Positions 24,611 to 37,185 of a DNA stretch of 64,000 nt are shown in pieces. The translations under genes were made by a program, and so were the position numbers. This DNA comes from Azolla caroliniana (lineage: Eukaryota; Plantae; Polypodiophyta). A model generated the notes under the pieces. The model was not told the DNA's origin. It worked only from the letters and a program-made list of their open reading frames with translations, and searched no databases. Within the stretch, counting starts at the first letter, position 1. Every line of letters starts with the position of its first letter. The stretch spans positions 8,308,001 to 8,372,000 of the forward strand of contig JBHGNT010000022.1 of NCBI GenBank assembly GCA_043228905.1, given 5' to 3'.

Positions 24611-26050
24611 ATGGAGTCGGAAGACGACGACCTTGCGGAGATGGTGGCCGAAGTGGTGTTGGAGTCGGCACGAGTGGTGATGAGGCGAGAAGCAGCGCAA
24701 CAAGCGGTTGAGCGAGTGGTCGAAAGAGTCGGCCGTTTCAACGGGGACAAAGTCCCATCTTACTTGGAAGCCTACAACGCGGAAATGGAGGAGCGTGGCG
24801 TAGATGAGGCGTTGAGGCTGGAGTTCTTCTGTCGGGTCGTGGCTGTCCGGATGCATGCGGAAATAAAGGAGCTCCGAGAGGCTCATAGTTCGTGGGAGGC
24901 CTTCGAAGAGGCGCTCCTGAAGGCATACGGAGGACGGCGGAAAAGCCGGGGACGACACGACTTCGACCAGTGGGTAGCATCGGCAAAGACCCACCGGGGC
25001 GCGACCAAGGCGTTCCGGGAGTTCGAGCGACGGCTTGCTCGGCTCCCAGAGCGGGAACAAGGTTTGGTGGGGGCGCACAAAGTCCTTTTGTTCATAAGGT
25101 CGATCGACTGAAAGGAACGGGAAGCCATCAGAATTTAGCTCGAAGACGATGATGGAGCGAATGGGCTTACGGAGGACTGGTCGAAGGTCGGAAGGGGGTG
25201 CCAACGGCTTGACAAAGAGCGAGCCGAGAAGGCTAAGAGGAAGGGGCGCGACGGCGCGCCATCACAGTGGGAGGAGGCCGAACGGAAAAGGGAGTTGGCA
25301 AGGATCGGCGTTGGGGCCAGGATTGCGGAGGCGTACGCAGCTCTCGAGGCGATGCTCGAGGAAGAGGAAAGATCAAGGCCGCAAGCCGAGACTGAGAAGA
25401 CGGGCCTGCCCCGCGCGTCGGCGGAAGATCGGTATGACGGTACCACGGGAGAGGGTGCGGAATGAAACGCCCTCTCGATTTGCGGAGATAGAACGGTCAA
25501 GGACGAGGCCGAGATACCGATCGCGGAACCAGAACGTTGGGACCAGCGGTTTCGGGCGTGTCAGCCTGAGATCTCGGTCATTGGAGAAGCAAGCCCAGAC
25601 GGGGCTTGCGCGATCGGTAAGAAGACGACCACCGACCACGGAGAGCCGGTGGCTACGGACAAGGGCGTAAAACGGATGGGCGATTCTTTGTGTCTTCCCA
25701 CACTTGCTCCCGAGACGATGGCAGTCGGGCCTGAGTGCCCACGTGAGTCCCAAGCGGAGGAAGGCGGCGGCGAAAGGGCAAGAATCACTAGCGAGACGAT
25801 ACGGGGAAGGAGCGGACGAAAGCCCACGGACTCGATTCCAGAGAACTCGACATTCGGGCCCGTATGCCCATGTAAGACCGAGGAGATGGATGGCGGTACC
25901 GAGGAGTCCTGGCACGATGCCAGCGAAGACGGATGGGAAACGGCCTGCGAGAAGGCCGAGGACGGACACGACACGAGGAGATCGGCATTCCGATACGGGT
26001 GGAGTGTGATCCAGTCGTGGATTGTTCGATTGGGGCCGGACTCGGCGTAA
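24611..26050 (+). pseudogene. Gag capsid-like ORF with a long repetitive tail and a few in-frame stops
   Basis: GRFNGDKVPSYLEAYNAEM aligns with host Gag SRFSGKDASSYLEAYKSEM, and GLTEDWSKV with GLTTDWATV. The frame continues through stops to 26050. Confidence 0.8.
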
Positions 26051-28086
26051 AGGTGCCAATACGGGAGAGGGTGCGGGACGAGCCGCCCTCTTTTACATGG
26101 GGAGAAAGACCGACCGGGCGAAGGTCGAGATTTGGAGGGAGAATGAAAGCCGGTCCTATGGGATTCCTTACACCGATCCGGCTGCAGGCCCGAGTCCCGG
26201 CGTGAGTCCTATAAGAGAGATTGGTGGCGACAGGAGAACGGGACTCAGCAATCCGTAGAAGGACGAACGGACCCGGACGAGAACCGGGCGGAGCGGACTC
26301 CCGGACGACCATTCCGGGAGGGAGGAAGAGAGCTGGCCTATGAAGAGGCCGAGGACACGGTACGTCGGTACCACGGGAGAGGGTGCGGAGTAAACCGCCC
26401 TCTCGGCATGCGGAAAAGGACGACCCGGGACAGGGTCGGGAAGACAAATCGGCGGCCTACGGAGGATCCTTCACACCGGATCTAGAGACTTCGGCAGTCG
26501 GCAACGCGGTCGACGTAAGACCAAGATACTGACGGTGGCGGCGAGGTGACGAAGGCAATGGGCGTAAGGAAGTCCGGTCCTACGGGATCCCCACACCGGT
26601 TCCGGAGACCCCGGCTGTTCGGCCAACGTGGCAACATAAGACCGAGGGAGAAGGAAGGTGGCGGTGGGAAACGGGACCCGGCTACGCGGAAGACACGAGG
26701 AGAGTCCGAGAGGGACTGAAACAAAAGGCACCCGAATTTCAGCCAGCATAGAAACGGAGTCCGGTCCTATGGGACCCTCACACCGATCCGGAGACCCCGG
26801 CAGTTCGGCCAACGTGGCAACGTGAGACCGAGGGAGAAGGACGATGGTGGCAGGGAACGGGACCCGACGACACGAAGTTTCGGAAGGGCCAAGCGGGCTA
26901 CTACGGGGTGTTCCTCGGATGCAAAGAACACCGGTATGCGGGTGAGCGGCGATGCATGATCTGGCCAGAAAGGGGCCGACAAGGCGTGCAATGAACCAGA
27001 GCGCGGCATAGGCAGTGCCAAACAACGGACGAGGGTATGTGGCACACGGGGGTGCCGGAGCGGAAAGGCGAGCGCGAAGAACGTCGGAAAGGGATCCTCC
27101 ACACCGTTCCGGAGACCATGGCGGTTCGAGCCGATGCGACGATGTAAGACCATGGAGAAGGAAGGTGGCGGTGGAAGGACGAAGGCGACGCGAGACACCA
27201 TCAGGACATCACGATTGGACAACGGAGGCCAAGTGGGCCACCACGGGCATGCCTCAAGCGGAGGACATCGGGCATACGGCGGGAAGCGGGGCGTTCATAC
27301 GGCTGAACAAGGGCCAACGGAAGAACACGTACTACGGAGATCGCGACAGAGGACCCATTGACGGGTCGAACGAGCCTACGGGGAGGCGAGCGCGAAGGAA
27401 GACTCGAAGCCGACGGATCAAACTGGCAGCGAGCCAAGATGCGGATCACGGGAAACCGGTTTCTCACCGGCCGAAATCTCTCACCCTTCAACCAGATTGG
27501 CACGTACCGGTGGACGTGCAGTTAGGTGGGGGCGGATGTCCTGAAGAATTTCGGCCAGAGGTGAAAACCGGGAAACATTGGCTACATCAGCGGGGTGCAG
27601 CGTGTGTACGCACCCATGTACATTTAGTGTGAATATGGAGGGCGCCTTTATGGCGCCGAAGAGTAGTCAAGTCGGGACAGACGATCCCATGGAAGTCGGG
27701 ATTTGTCCCACATTGTAACGCATCCCTCTCCTTGTTCTATAAAAGGAAGGGATCGCCCTTTGTGGAGGGGTTGCCCATTTTGCATTAGAGGGTATACCGT
27801 TAGGTTTAGGGTTAGGTTTCTTCTGCTTCTTCTTCTTCCCCTTCGTGTTCGTTTAGGGTTTTCTTCAGCTCGTCTCCTACGCAAGACCCCACTCGGCGCG
27901 ACGAGCCCATGAGCTCCCCGACGGCGGCTTGGCAGCAGACGACTACTGTAACCTACCTCAGTCCGGCTCGAAGCCGGGAGTGTATTCTTCTTATATATAT
28001 ATACATATACTTTTGTGTCTGTCTGTGTATATTGGCGTCTTGTTGGTGTCGGGTGCTCCCCTCCTTCCCTGCGTTTCCTGTACATG

Positions 28087-28126
<40 letters not shown>

Positions 28127-31100
28127 CGCGCGCGTGAGTCGGTGTCAAGCACGCTCTCTCACTCTCTCTCTCCCTTCGGCTGCTTCCGGTGCGTTTTAGG
28201 GGTGCCCCAGAAACGGTGAAGTGCGACTTCCTACGCTCCGTCGCTCCCTAGTCCAAGACCCCCGTGGTCCCGCCTTTCTCCACGCACGCGCGTAACAACG
28301 CGACACTGTATCGGCATATGACATCTTCGATCAGAAACTTACATACTTCCGGGATGGTCTTGTTTGTTAGTGCCCGACCCTCTACTTGGTTCCTTAGGTC
28401 TTCTCTAGCCAGCACCATGTATCGCTTCTGACCCTCTCCCATTGGCATTGTTACTAAGTCAACCATCCATTTGAAGTGCACGGCTGGGGGGGTATGTTGG
28501 GTGCAACTCGTCGTGGTGTCGAACCACCGAGTGCATCTGGCAGCTTTCGCATGTGGACACGAAGTCGTGCACGCTCTTATATATACCTAGCCACCATTAT
28601 TTCTCCTTTAACTTCTCGAATGTGGCCCATGTACCCCGGTGTCCAAACCATGGGCTTTCGTGGAACTCTGATATTAGCTTCTCTTGATCATCCGCCCACA
28701 TTATTACCCGGAGCATCGCGTCGTTTCGCCTTTTTGGGACCCTCCAGAATTTTCCGTTCCATAGGAAGTATCGGTATGTCCTTTTTCGGAGCTGTCCTGC
28801 TTCCTCCCTAGTCATCGAGGCGTCCGCCGTCATTGTTTTTAGAAATCTTCTGATTAATAGCCACTCCCCGTCGTAATCGTCTTAGTCGAACTCGTTTAGG
28901 GGCGGAGCGCTTCACCTTTTTATCCTCATCCTTGCCGATTCGAAGAAGTCCACGCTGACTCCTTCGTTCTCTGATACTATGCCGTCCTTGTCCTCGAACC
29001 TTGCTCTGGAAAACATATCGGCCATGGTGTTGTCTTTACCTGAGATGTGTCGTATCTCTAGGTTCAGGGACTTGATGTACCCAATCCACCTGAGCATGGC
29101 CATGTCGGGAGTTGCGCATCCGGAGACCATACCGAGAATCGGTAGGTAGTCTGTTTCTATAATCACTTTTGTCCCAATTAGGTAGTCTTTGTCGACCTTA
29201 ACCGCCGAAACGATACCCCATAGCTCGTTCTTAACTTGGGTGTATCCTCGCTGTCGTGCACTCAGTACCTTCGCACCGAACCGGATAGGGAAACGCATGC
29301 CATCTCCGTCCTCTTGATTTACGACCCATCCGATCTCGGTCGGGCTGGTGTCCATCGTGATGTAGACCGGAGTTCCCGGTGTGTATTCCGCTTTGCGTAA
29401 AGCTGGTGCCGGGGTGAGCGTTCGTTTTAGCCTCCGAACTGCCTCAATATGTTCCTTTGTCCATTCGAATTTCCTGATCTTCTTTAGCAAGCCGTAGAGT
29501 GGTTCGACAATGTGCGCGTAATGAGGGATCCATATGTGGTAGAAGGCGCATGCTCCTAAGAATCGCCGGACCTCTGTGATGGATCCGTAGTCCTCCTTCA
29601 TTGCCGAGATGGACTCTACCTTGGTCGGCGATGGCTTCTGGCCGTACGACCCACATAGATGGCCCACCACTAAGATCTTTGGCTGTCTGAAGGCCGACTT
29701 CTCTCCTGAGAAGGTAAGCCGCGCGTCTTCGAGCCTCTATAGTATCTTCTCGTAGTTGGAGATATGGTCGGTGATGCCGATCGACTCATCCTTGGTGTCC
29801 TCTGGACCCCCCTTGATAGGGATGTCATCCAGGAAAGGCATGGTGATGTCCGGAATGCAGTCCCGACTGAGTATATGGACCTTCCGGCGAAGGCTTCCGC
29901 GAACTCATCGATCGACGGTCCAACTCCCGTATTACGGATGGTCACCTTATTCACCGGTTGTAAGTCCTGGATGAAGCGCAGTGTACTGTTCTTCTTTGGT
30001 ACAGTAAACCACCGGTTAGAGTAAGGGGCACTCGATGGTTCAAGGATGCCCAACTCCACCTTCTGCTTAAGAAGCTCCATCAACATTGGCATGTGAGCTC
30101 TCGATACTTGAATCGGTTTGAGACTCCATGACACGTGCGGCACGGTAAAGATCACCATCGGTTCGACAATGGTCGGGTCGACGCACCCAATTTCTCCCGG
30201 CGAGAATGCGAAGGCTTTCCCGTGCCTCTCGAGCATCCTTCTGAACTGGTCCTCTTCCGCCGGCAGTGGGAAGCCACCCCCACTGATCTTCAGCTCTTGT
30301 AGCGTTTTGTCAGGGAAATAGTGTCCTATGCCGACCGGATCTTGCAAGCTCGGGTCGGTAGCGACCCCCTTTATTCGTTCCCAGCTCCGCTCCGGTAAGG
30401 GAGCCGTGACGGGCCTCACCTTCCGGTCCACAGTCTTGTACTTGGTGTCTACTCAGGCGATCCGATGCGCCCTGGTTTTTCTTTCGAAGTCCGCAATGAC
30501 TTCATACATGTCGACTGAGTTGACCGGTATGACTCAGTCTTCGCTTAGGCCTCCTTCGACTACCTTCCCGATTTCTCCAAGGGTGTCATCGAACGAGACT
30601 GCCTCCACGGCTTCCCCAATCCCTTCATCGTGACTCAAGGCTCCGCACGCCTTTAAGCGTATTTCGGCCCGTTTTCTTTCTCGGCCACTGATGCTGGCTA
30701 TGGTACATCCCCCGTTGTTGGAGAACAAAACTATCCTTTCTATTTTACAGGTGTGGGGAATTTCCCGGCTATCCGGACTATCGCGGCCCCACGCCTTGAT
30801 AGTCCTTTCTAAAAATCCGCCTTGTTGTTATTTCCGAGGGTGTCCTTGTTCCGATTGTGATTCTTCCGAACGGTAAAAAATTGGACAGAATGACGGTCGT
30901 CCTGACTTTTTACCCTCGCATAGGCTAAACCATTGTCCAACACTTTCATATCCATTCTAGCCGATGTGATGTATGGTTCGCCGAGGATGACCGGGTGGGA
31001 GGACGTCTCTTGCACGAAAAAGTGCTGGTTTATACCGACGTCTCTGACGCTCACCTTGACGTTCGGCAAGCCCCGTGTAGTTCTTCCGTGGCTCTTGTAG

Positions 31101-33799
31101 CCGTGCATATCTTCCACCCATGTTTGGTGTTGATCGGCCAATTCCCCTTTTTGTAGAAGTCCATGGACATCAGGTTAATTTCCGACCCGTGGTCGATTAA
31201 TGCCACCACCGGTTCCTTCACGTCCCCAATACGAACCGGGGTTTCTGTAGTCGCTCTTGCCCATGGCGGCCTGGCGTAGTGGCTCTCTCAAAGCTCGTCT
31301 TCCGTGGCCATCTCATTGAGGAGTGCCACCCTTACCTCAACCGGCTTCTCGGGCTCCGGTTCCGTTGTGAGACACTTTCTCTTCACGAGGTCCACGATGC
31401 TGTCGTGGAATTCCCTTCTCGCTATGCCAAGCACTTCCCTAAGCATGAGTTCTATGCAACTGTCGAGAACTCGCTCCTCTAGAACCTTTTGTAGGTTCGT
31501 TGTTTTCTCGATTTCCGAGCTTAAACGGAAGCTCGGAATCCTTCCCTTCTCCTTCTCCTGGGATCCGGTTGGAGTGGCATTGTGCCTTTTGGGCACGCTT
31601 CGGGTGTCATGCCTCCCCGAAGGGCCTGCTCCCCCGATTTTCCCCACTCGCCTTTCGTCGATCAGGGCCTCATAGTTCCTGCACGCGGCTTCCACAAAGC
31701 TAGTGCTCTCTTCAACGGGGTCACTCCAGCCGGTAACTTCGCACACACACTCCTCCGCGCGCTCCACTTCTCCCTTCTACAGCCTTCCTCCGGACAAGGT
31801 CTCGAGAATAACCAGCCAGAACCTAGGTTTTGAATCGGGTTTGGCCGCCTTTTCGCCTACGCGAATGCTGGCTGAAACCGAGTAGTGGACGACGTCGACG
31901 TGCCGTGCCGCGGCCTCTTCCATTAGTCTCTTCATGCCACCTCGTTCGAAATTCGCGTCAAGCAATCTTCGAGTGTCGCTCGCATGTATCCTGCCATTCG
32001 AAAGATAAAATAAATTACTTCCTAGCACTCACCGAGGTTAGCACACTCTCTCTGGGCATGTCCGGTGACGTCGCACCATATGCACCTCTGATTGGCTGGC
32101 GGTTGCCGGTCGCACGGTTGACCCTCGCTGCTTCGTCGGGCCTGGGCAATCTCGAGGTCGCGCACCATCCTTGTTAGTTCTTCGAGTCTTGCGTTGCCTG
32201 CAGGTCCCACGAATAGGTTTGCCGGGGTTGGGCCTAGCTCGAGCCATCTCCTCATTTCTTCCATTCGGCTCGGCGTCGGCTTGGCTCTGGTTTTGACAGC
32301 TGGTTCGGTCGGCGAGGACCCCTTTTCTTTCCAATCTCGGCGTTTGTCAATCCTGCTGCATACTTCTTTGACGGTCGCCCAGTCAGTCGTGAGACCGTGG
32401 TTGGTTTCAAGAAGAAGACCCACGCTTTCTCGGACGTGCGAGTCGAACAACGTAACGAAAAATAGGACTTTGCTCGTTTCGATCACGGTTCGGTCCTATC
32501 TAGAGAGCTGCACAAACTGTGACTCGAACTCCTGGAGGAGCGCCGAAGCGTTCTGACCCTTGTCGGGGCTATTGACCCAATCCATAAAGTCCTTTCTCCA
32601 TAGCTGAAGTGAGTCGTCGTAGTTGTACCTTTCAAGAACTTCCTCTGCAAATTCCGCCCAATCGCGGCGGCCTGCTTGTATTTTGGCCATCTCCGTATGG
32701 ATGTGTGATGTCACGACTCGGGGAAACCCTGTCAGCCGTGTATCCTCGGGTATATTCCTCATCTACATTTCAGATTTGTAGGCCTCTAAGTAACTCGAGG
32801 CGTCTTTTCCACTGAACCGACTTATCTTGTCGATCGTTGCTTCTATGGCCCTGTCGAGGGCACTCACGCCCTCACGAGCGCTAACCAGGCTGTCTACCGC
32901 CATCGCCATTGCTTCTGCACATTCGCTCCCTCTCATTTTCAGATTCCTCTACTGCCCCCTTTCACGTGGGGTTCACCAAAGATGTCGAGAAAATCCTCGC
33001 GGATGCGTAGAAGTTGGACAGGACCACAGGGGTCTTGAACCAAGGAATCAAGATGCAAGGAGGAAGAATCTGTGGTTTACGTAAGCCCTGAGACTGCGGT
33101 TAAACAGAGAAGGTTAGCCAAACGAGAGAGAGAGTGTGTAAGAGGATCGTGTGTAGACACAACGCAGACAGAGATGCTGAGAACAACTTTCGTTAGGTAG
33201 ATAACTTTCTATTAATCAAAACATGCGCGTGGCACTGTGGGTGATTACAACCGGATCAGTGCCGGTGATAGAGCGTAGAGCTCTACAATAGTTAGATACA
33301 AAGATACGTAGGCACGCAGAAGGTCGATCCCCTGGTCGAGAGCACTCGGGCGTCTGACGCAAGCAGGGGAGGCACCTTCCGGTGATCCGTCGTAGGACTC
33401 CTTGTTTTCCCTCCTCTCTGTTTCTTTTCTCCTCTTTAGATGATATATTTAAAATAGTCAAAGGTCGCCCCTTTTATAGCACAAGGAGCGACTGTTACCT
33501 AACATTCATGACCTGTTGCTTTCCCTTCCTAGATTCTTTCCCCTGATTCACTCTCCTCGTAACTATCCCTACTTATGCGATGTCAGAATTCCTATTAATG
33601 CCTTAACTACCTAGTACACCTCATTCTACCTATGCCTAGTACTTACACTATTTAATTCACTAGGGGTGTGCACTCGTGCACACCAGTGTTCCTGTGCATT
33701 TCACATTATTTCCACCTATGGCCCAGAATCTTCATGACAACGTGCTTCACGACATCTTTGTGGTGCGGTAAATATTCTCTCTCTCTCTCTCTCTCCCTC

Positions 33800-34593
33800 T
33801 TTTCCCTCAGTCAACCCACACAAGTGTCTTGGACAACAAGAACGACCCGATTGTAAACCTAAACGACTGATTCCTTACAAGCACAAGTCACCTAATTCAT
33901 CCTCCTTGGCCAAAGACCCCGATGGTCCCGTTCGACCGTCCCTCAGGCACGGATTTCTGCGACAACGGTCTGCTTGTCTACTGCAAAGGCCCTCAATGGC
34001 CTTCTTGCCCTTACGGAATTGGGGCCCCTCGACCCGTCGGCTCCTCCGCATTGACGTCCGCTTCGGCTACCCTCTTGTCTGCTTGGCCTTCATATGATTC
34101 AACTCGTTTGAATCATTGCTCTTGAGTCTTGACCAAATTGGTTGTCTCCGATTTGTCCCCACCATTAACTGAATCAACTCTGTCTAATTCGTCCTCCTTC
34201 AAGTCCTTAACTATATCAGCCCTAGTCATGGCCTTCTTCTCCACGATTCTGCCTCCCCCTTGTTCGATTGGCTCTAGTTTCAGCTCTCTTTTCTAGTTGT
34301 TCCCCCTGCAACTAGCTAGTCTACAGTTAGCCATTCTTCTTCTATGGGTCCTTGTTACCTCCTCCTAGAGAACACCTTCGATTAACCCTCTTGGGTAATC
34401 AGGTCAAGGTATTGTGGTGCGAAAAAGATTTGTGGTCACGACGTACTACTGAGATCGTTAAGACGATCTGGGAATTAAGAAGGATATGTTGCGGGATCAG
34501 CTACAACCGATCCGTATTTACATCCTTTGCACAGAATGAACGTTATATGGATATACGTGTATGACAAAATAGAGATGAGACAGAACACGGAAG
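33800..34593 (-). mobile_element. Possible retroelement remnant: LTR-like segment from 34431 and a decayed ORF
   Basis: The junction GTGCGAAAAAGATT|TGTGG resembles the internal/LTR junction at 54527-54540. No clear protein domain. Confidence 0.35.
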
Positions 34594-35411
34594 TAGGAAT
34601 TGGCAACGGTTCAGTTTAGGCTTAACCAGTTTGGCTTGGATAAGGCCAAACCGGTTAAGCCTAAACCGTTTTGGGGTTTTCAAACTTGAACCAAACCAAG
34701 CCAAAACGATTCCTAAACCGGTTTAGGAACTGGTTTGGGATGAAAAAGTTGAAGATACCTAAAAAACACCACTACCACTACCACTACCACTTCCTCCTAC
34801 TCTTCTTCTCCTCCTCATAACTCCCACCCCCTCGGCCTTACCACTGATGAGTCAAACTCAACTCCAAGTCCCACCTCCACGACTCTCTCTTTGTAGACTA
34901 CTAGGATTGGTCAGCTGACATCCATGAATCCCTTGCCTCCCACCACCCGAACCATGAGGCTTGAGGTTATGGAGACCTATCACTCTCGGTGATCAAATTC
35001 TTCTCCAAAGAATGTATATAGCACTAAACAACACGGAGGTCCCCTGATCGTCCACTATGCAAGCTCTCTCTCCCTCTCTCTCCCTCCCTCTCTCGTTACT
35101 CAATGGTATGTTGTCTATGGCTTCTTGTCAGTCTCTTTGTCAACTTTCAAGTTCTAACTTCTAACTTCTAACTATCTAATTTCTAACTTTCTAAACCCTA
35201 ATTCTTAAATCACATAAACGACTTAAATGTCTTAAACGGCTTAACCAGTTTGAGCTAGTGTGGCAAGGCCCAAGCCAAGATGAGCTGAGTTCAAACCATT
35301 TAGGTAGGCTCAAGCCTAAATCGAGCCGAGTCGAGCAGCTAAGACGCTAAGCCGTTTTAAACTGGTTTAGTTAAATGGTTTAGTCTTGAGCCAAGCGGTT
35401 GTCGATTCCTA
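34594..35411. mobile_element. Non-autonomous hAT-like DNA transposon (MITE)
   Basis: Imperfect TIRs TAGGAATTGGCAAC / GTTGTCGATTCCTA, many AAACCG-type subterminal repeats at both ends, degenerate 8-bp TSD CACGGAAG/CACTGGAG. Confidence 0.75.
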
Positions 35412-35477
35412 CACTGGAGTACCCACAAGGCATATATATATATATGTGTGTGTGTGTATATATATATAAATATATAT

Positions 35478-36098
35478 TGACAAGAACTACACGCTCCCTA
35501 TGCGCAATGCTCGGCCACAACCGAGCTTAGAATCATACACAGAAAACGGGAATGAATGCACGACACATTGAAGAGAAGAGTACACAAGATGTTTATGTGG
35601 AAAACCCAAACTCGGGAAAAACCACGGCAACCCAAACTATCACTATATCAGAATGTACAATAGGAAAGCACCGAGGCCACGACCTCGAGCTTGCTATCTT
35701 CGCCACAGGCGGCGGTTACAACAGAGGCAACGACCTCTTCCTCTCTCTCACTCTCTCTGTACACTGTTACGCGCTCTAATCTTATGCCAACAAGAATGAC
35801 AACAACCACTCTATTTACTAAGTTTGCCCTAAGTCATATTTATACTAATATGACTTTCCGGCTATTTACAAATATAGCCCCGATGGCCTCTCAGGAAACA
35901 TATTTACGAATATGTCCCTTCATCCGGTGAGCATTTCTCACCGGGTCTTCACCATCCGGCTCTTGCCGGGTACTCCACATCCGGTTCTCACCGGGTCTTC
36001 CATAGCTGGGTATTCCTCATCCGGTTCCGGCCTCGGCTGAGTTTGCTCATCAGTACTGTTCTTCTCACTTCCCATCCGGAGGGACCTGTTTCCTAACA
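35478..36098 (-). repeat. Solo Copia LTR inserted in a (TA)n tract
   Basis: TG...CA termini, TATAT on both sides, homologous to the LTR at 36514-37215. Confidence 0.85.
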
Positions 36099-37026
36099 TA
36101 TATATATATATATATATTCGATTAAATGTAGCATACATGGGGATGACTAGCAAGCATATATCAAAGTACCAAAACTGTGCACAATGTGGGAGTTGTACGA
36201 GTGAAGGAATGAAAGGATATCTGACCTACAATACCGGTATCTATAAAAGGTTATATAGTTACGGATGCTTTAGTGGATAGTGGTGCTAGAATAAGTCTTA
36301 TCTTAGAAGTCCTCATAAGTAAGCTTGCTATTCCCATTTGTAAAAGTTCTTCTGCGAAAGTAGCTGTAGCTGATGGAGGCTTAGTACCTTGCATGGGGAT
36401 TATAGAAGATATTATCCTTGAGTGTTTTGGTATATGCATTTCTATGGTTTTCCAAGTTATTCCCCTTCAGGAACCCTCTTATTCCTTGGTGTTGGGAATG
36501 TGGGAGTAACGAGTGAAGAGAATATGTGGAATAATCTTCAGCCACAACCAAGACTTAGATCACTTCAATGATAATCAAACACAGTAAATAAGAAATGGAA
36601 GTAGGTACACAGACAGAGGAGAAGGCATAGGATGGTAACGTGGAAAACCCTAAACGGGAAAAACCATGGGAGTCCCCAAACTCCAACTATCACTATGTAG
36701 AGAGGAATACAACAGATGAACACAGAGGCAATGACCTCGTGCTCACGATCTTTGCCTGGCGGCAGTTACAACAGAGACACGCTCTGTATCTCCCTCTCTC
36801 TCTCTCACTCTCTCTCGCTCTATTACACTCTGTACGGTAGTTGCACCAACAACTCTATACAATATAATTACTACACAATGATACACACACTCAAGAGTTT
36901 GCCCTAGGTCATATTTATACTAATATGACTTTCGGGCTATTTACAAATATAGCCCCAATGGGCTCTCTAGAACATATTTACATATATGTCCCTTCATCCG
37001 GTGAGAGGTTCTCGCCGAGCCTGCAT

Positions 37027-37185
37027 CATCTGGTTCTCACCGGGTCTTCCTTGCCGGGTACTCATCATCCGGTTCTCACCAGGTCTTCCGTTGCTGGGTA
37101 CTCATCATCCGGTTCTCATTGGGTCTTCCGTTGTCGGGTACTCATCATCCGGTTCTCACCGGGTCTTCCATTGTCGGGTACTCAT
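37027..37185. repeat. Four 39-40-bp tandem units in the LTR U3
   Basis: Unit CATCCGGTTCTCACCGGGTCTTCCGTTGCCGGGTACTCAT; only two units in the partner LTR (54998-55076). Confidence 0.92.

Larger units (their letters stand above)
23819..28305 (+). mobile_element. Non-autonomous Gag-only LTR element (TR-GAG-like), 4.5 kb, nested in the integrase of the related Gypsy
   Basis: LTRs 23819-24573 and 27537-28305 (about 12 substitutions plus a TG-repeat length change); PBS 24578-24595; PPT before 27537; TSD CCGT/CTGT. No PR, RT, RH or INT motifs seen. Confidence 0.93.
22258..33739 (-). mobile_element. Complete but decayed Ty3/Gypsy element with tRNA-Trp PBS and 4-bp TSD ACGT
   Basis: LTRs 22258-23018 and 32983-33739; PBS TGGTGAACCCCACGTGAA (32961-32978); PPT near 23019-23030. 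Gag with CxxC knuckle, protease DHGSEIN, RT (YSNRWFTVPKK, FLDD), RNase H, integrase (ANGKIERGH, WFGPY). Confidence 0.95.
21466..33754 (+). repeat. LTR of about 800 bp (21466-22257 plus 33744-33754), split near its end by the Gypsy at 22258-33739
   Basis: Starts TGTCGTGAAGA and ends CTTCACGACA (inverted termini). It contains TATATAAG and is followed by TCTTTG-TGGTGCGGT, a possible partial tRNA-Phe PBS. Confidence 0.72.

Noticed and set aside
24464-27632. Many overlapping antisense ORFs in the GC-rich insert
   Set aside because: Expected from high GC content and low stop frequency; only the plus-strand Gag frame shows homology.
36184-36212. Similarity to 36497-36523 (AATGTGGGAGT..ACGAGTGAAG)
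   Set aside because: The second site is a composite junction of three elements and the match is short, so it is treated as chance.
37027-37185. CRISPR-like 40-bp repeats
   Set aside because: The units are head-to-tail with no unique spacers, lie inside an LTR, and there are no cas genes.
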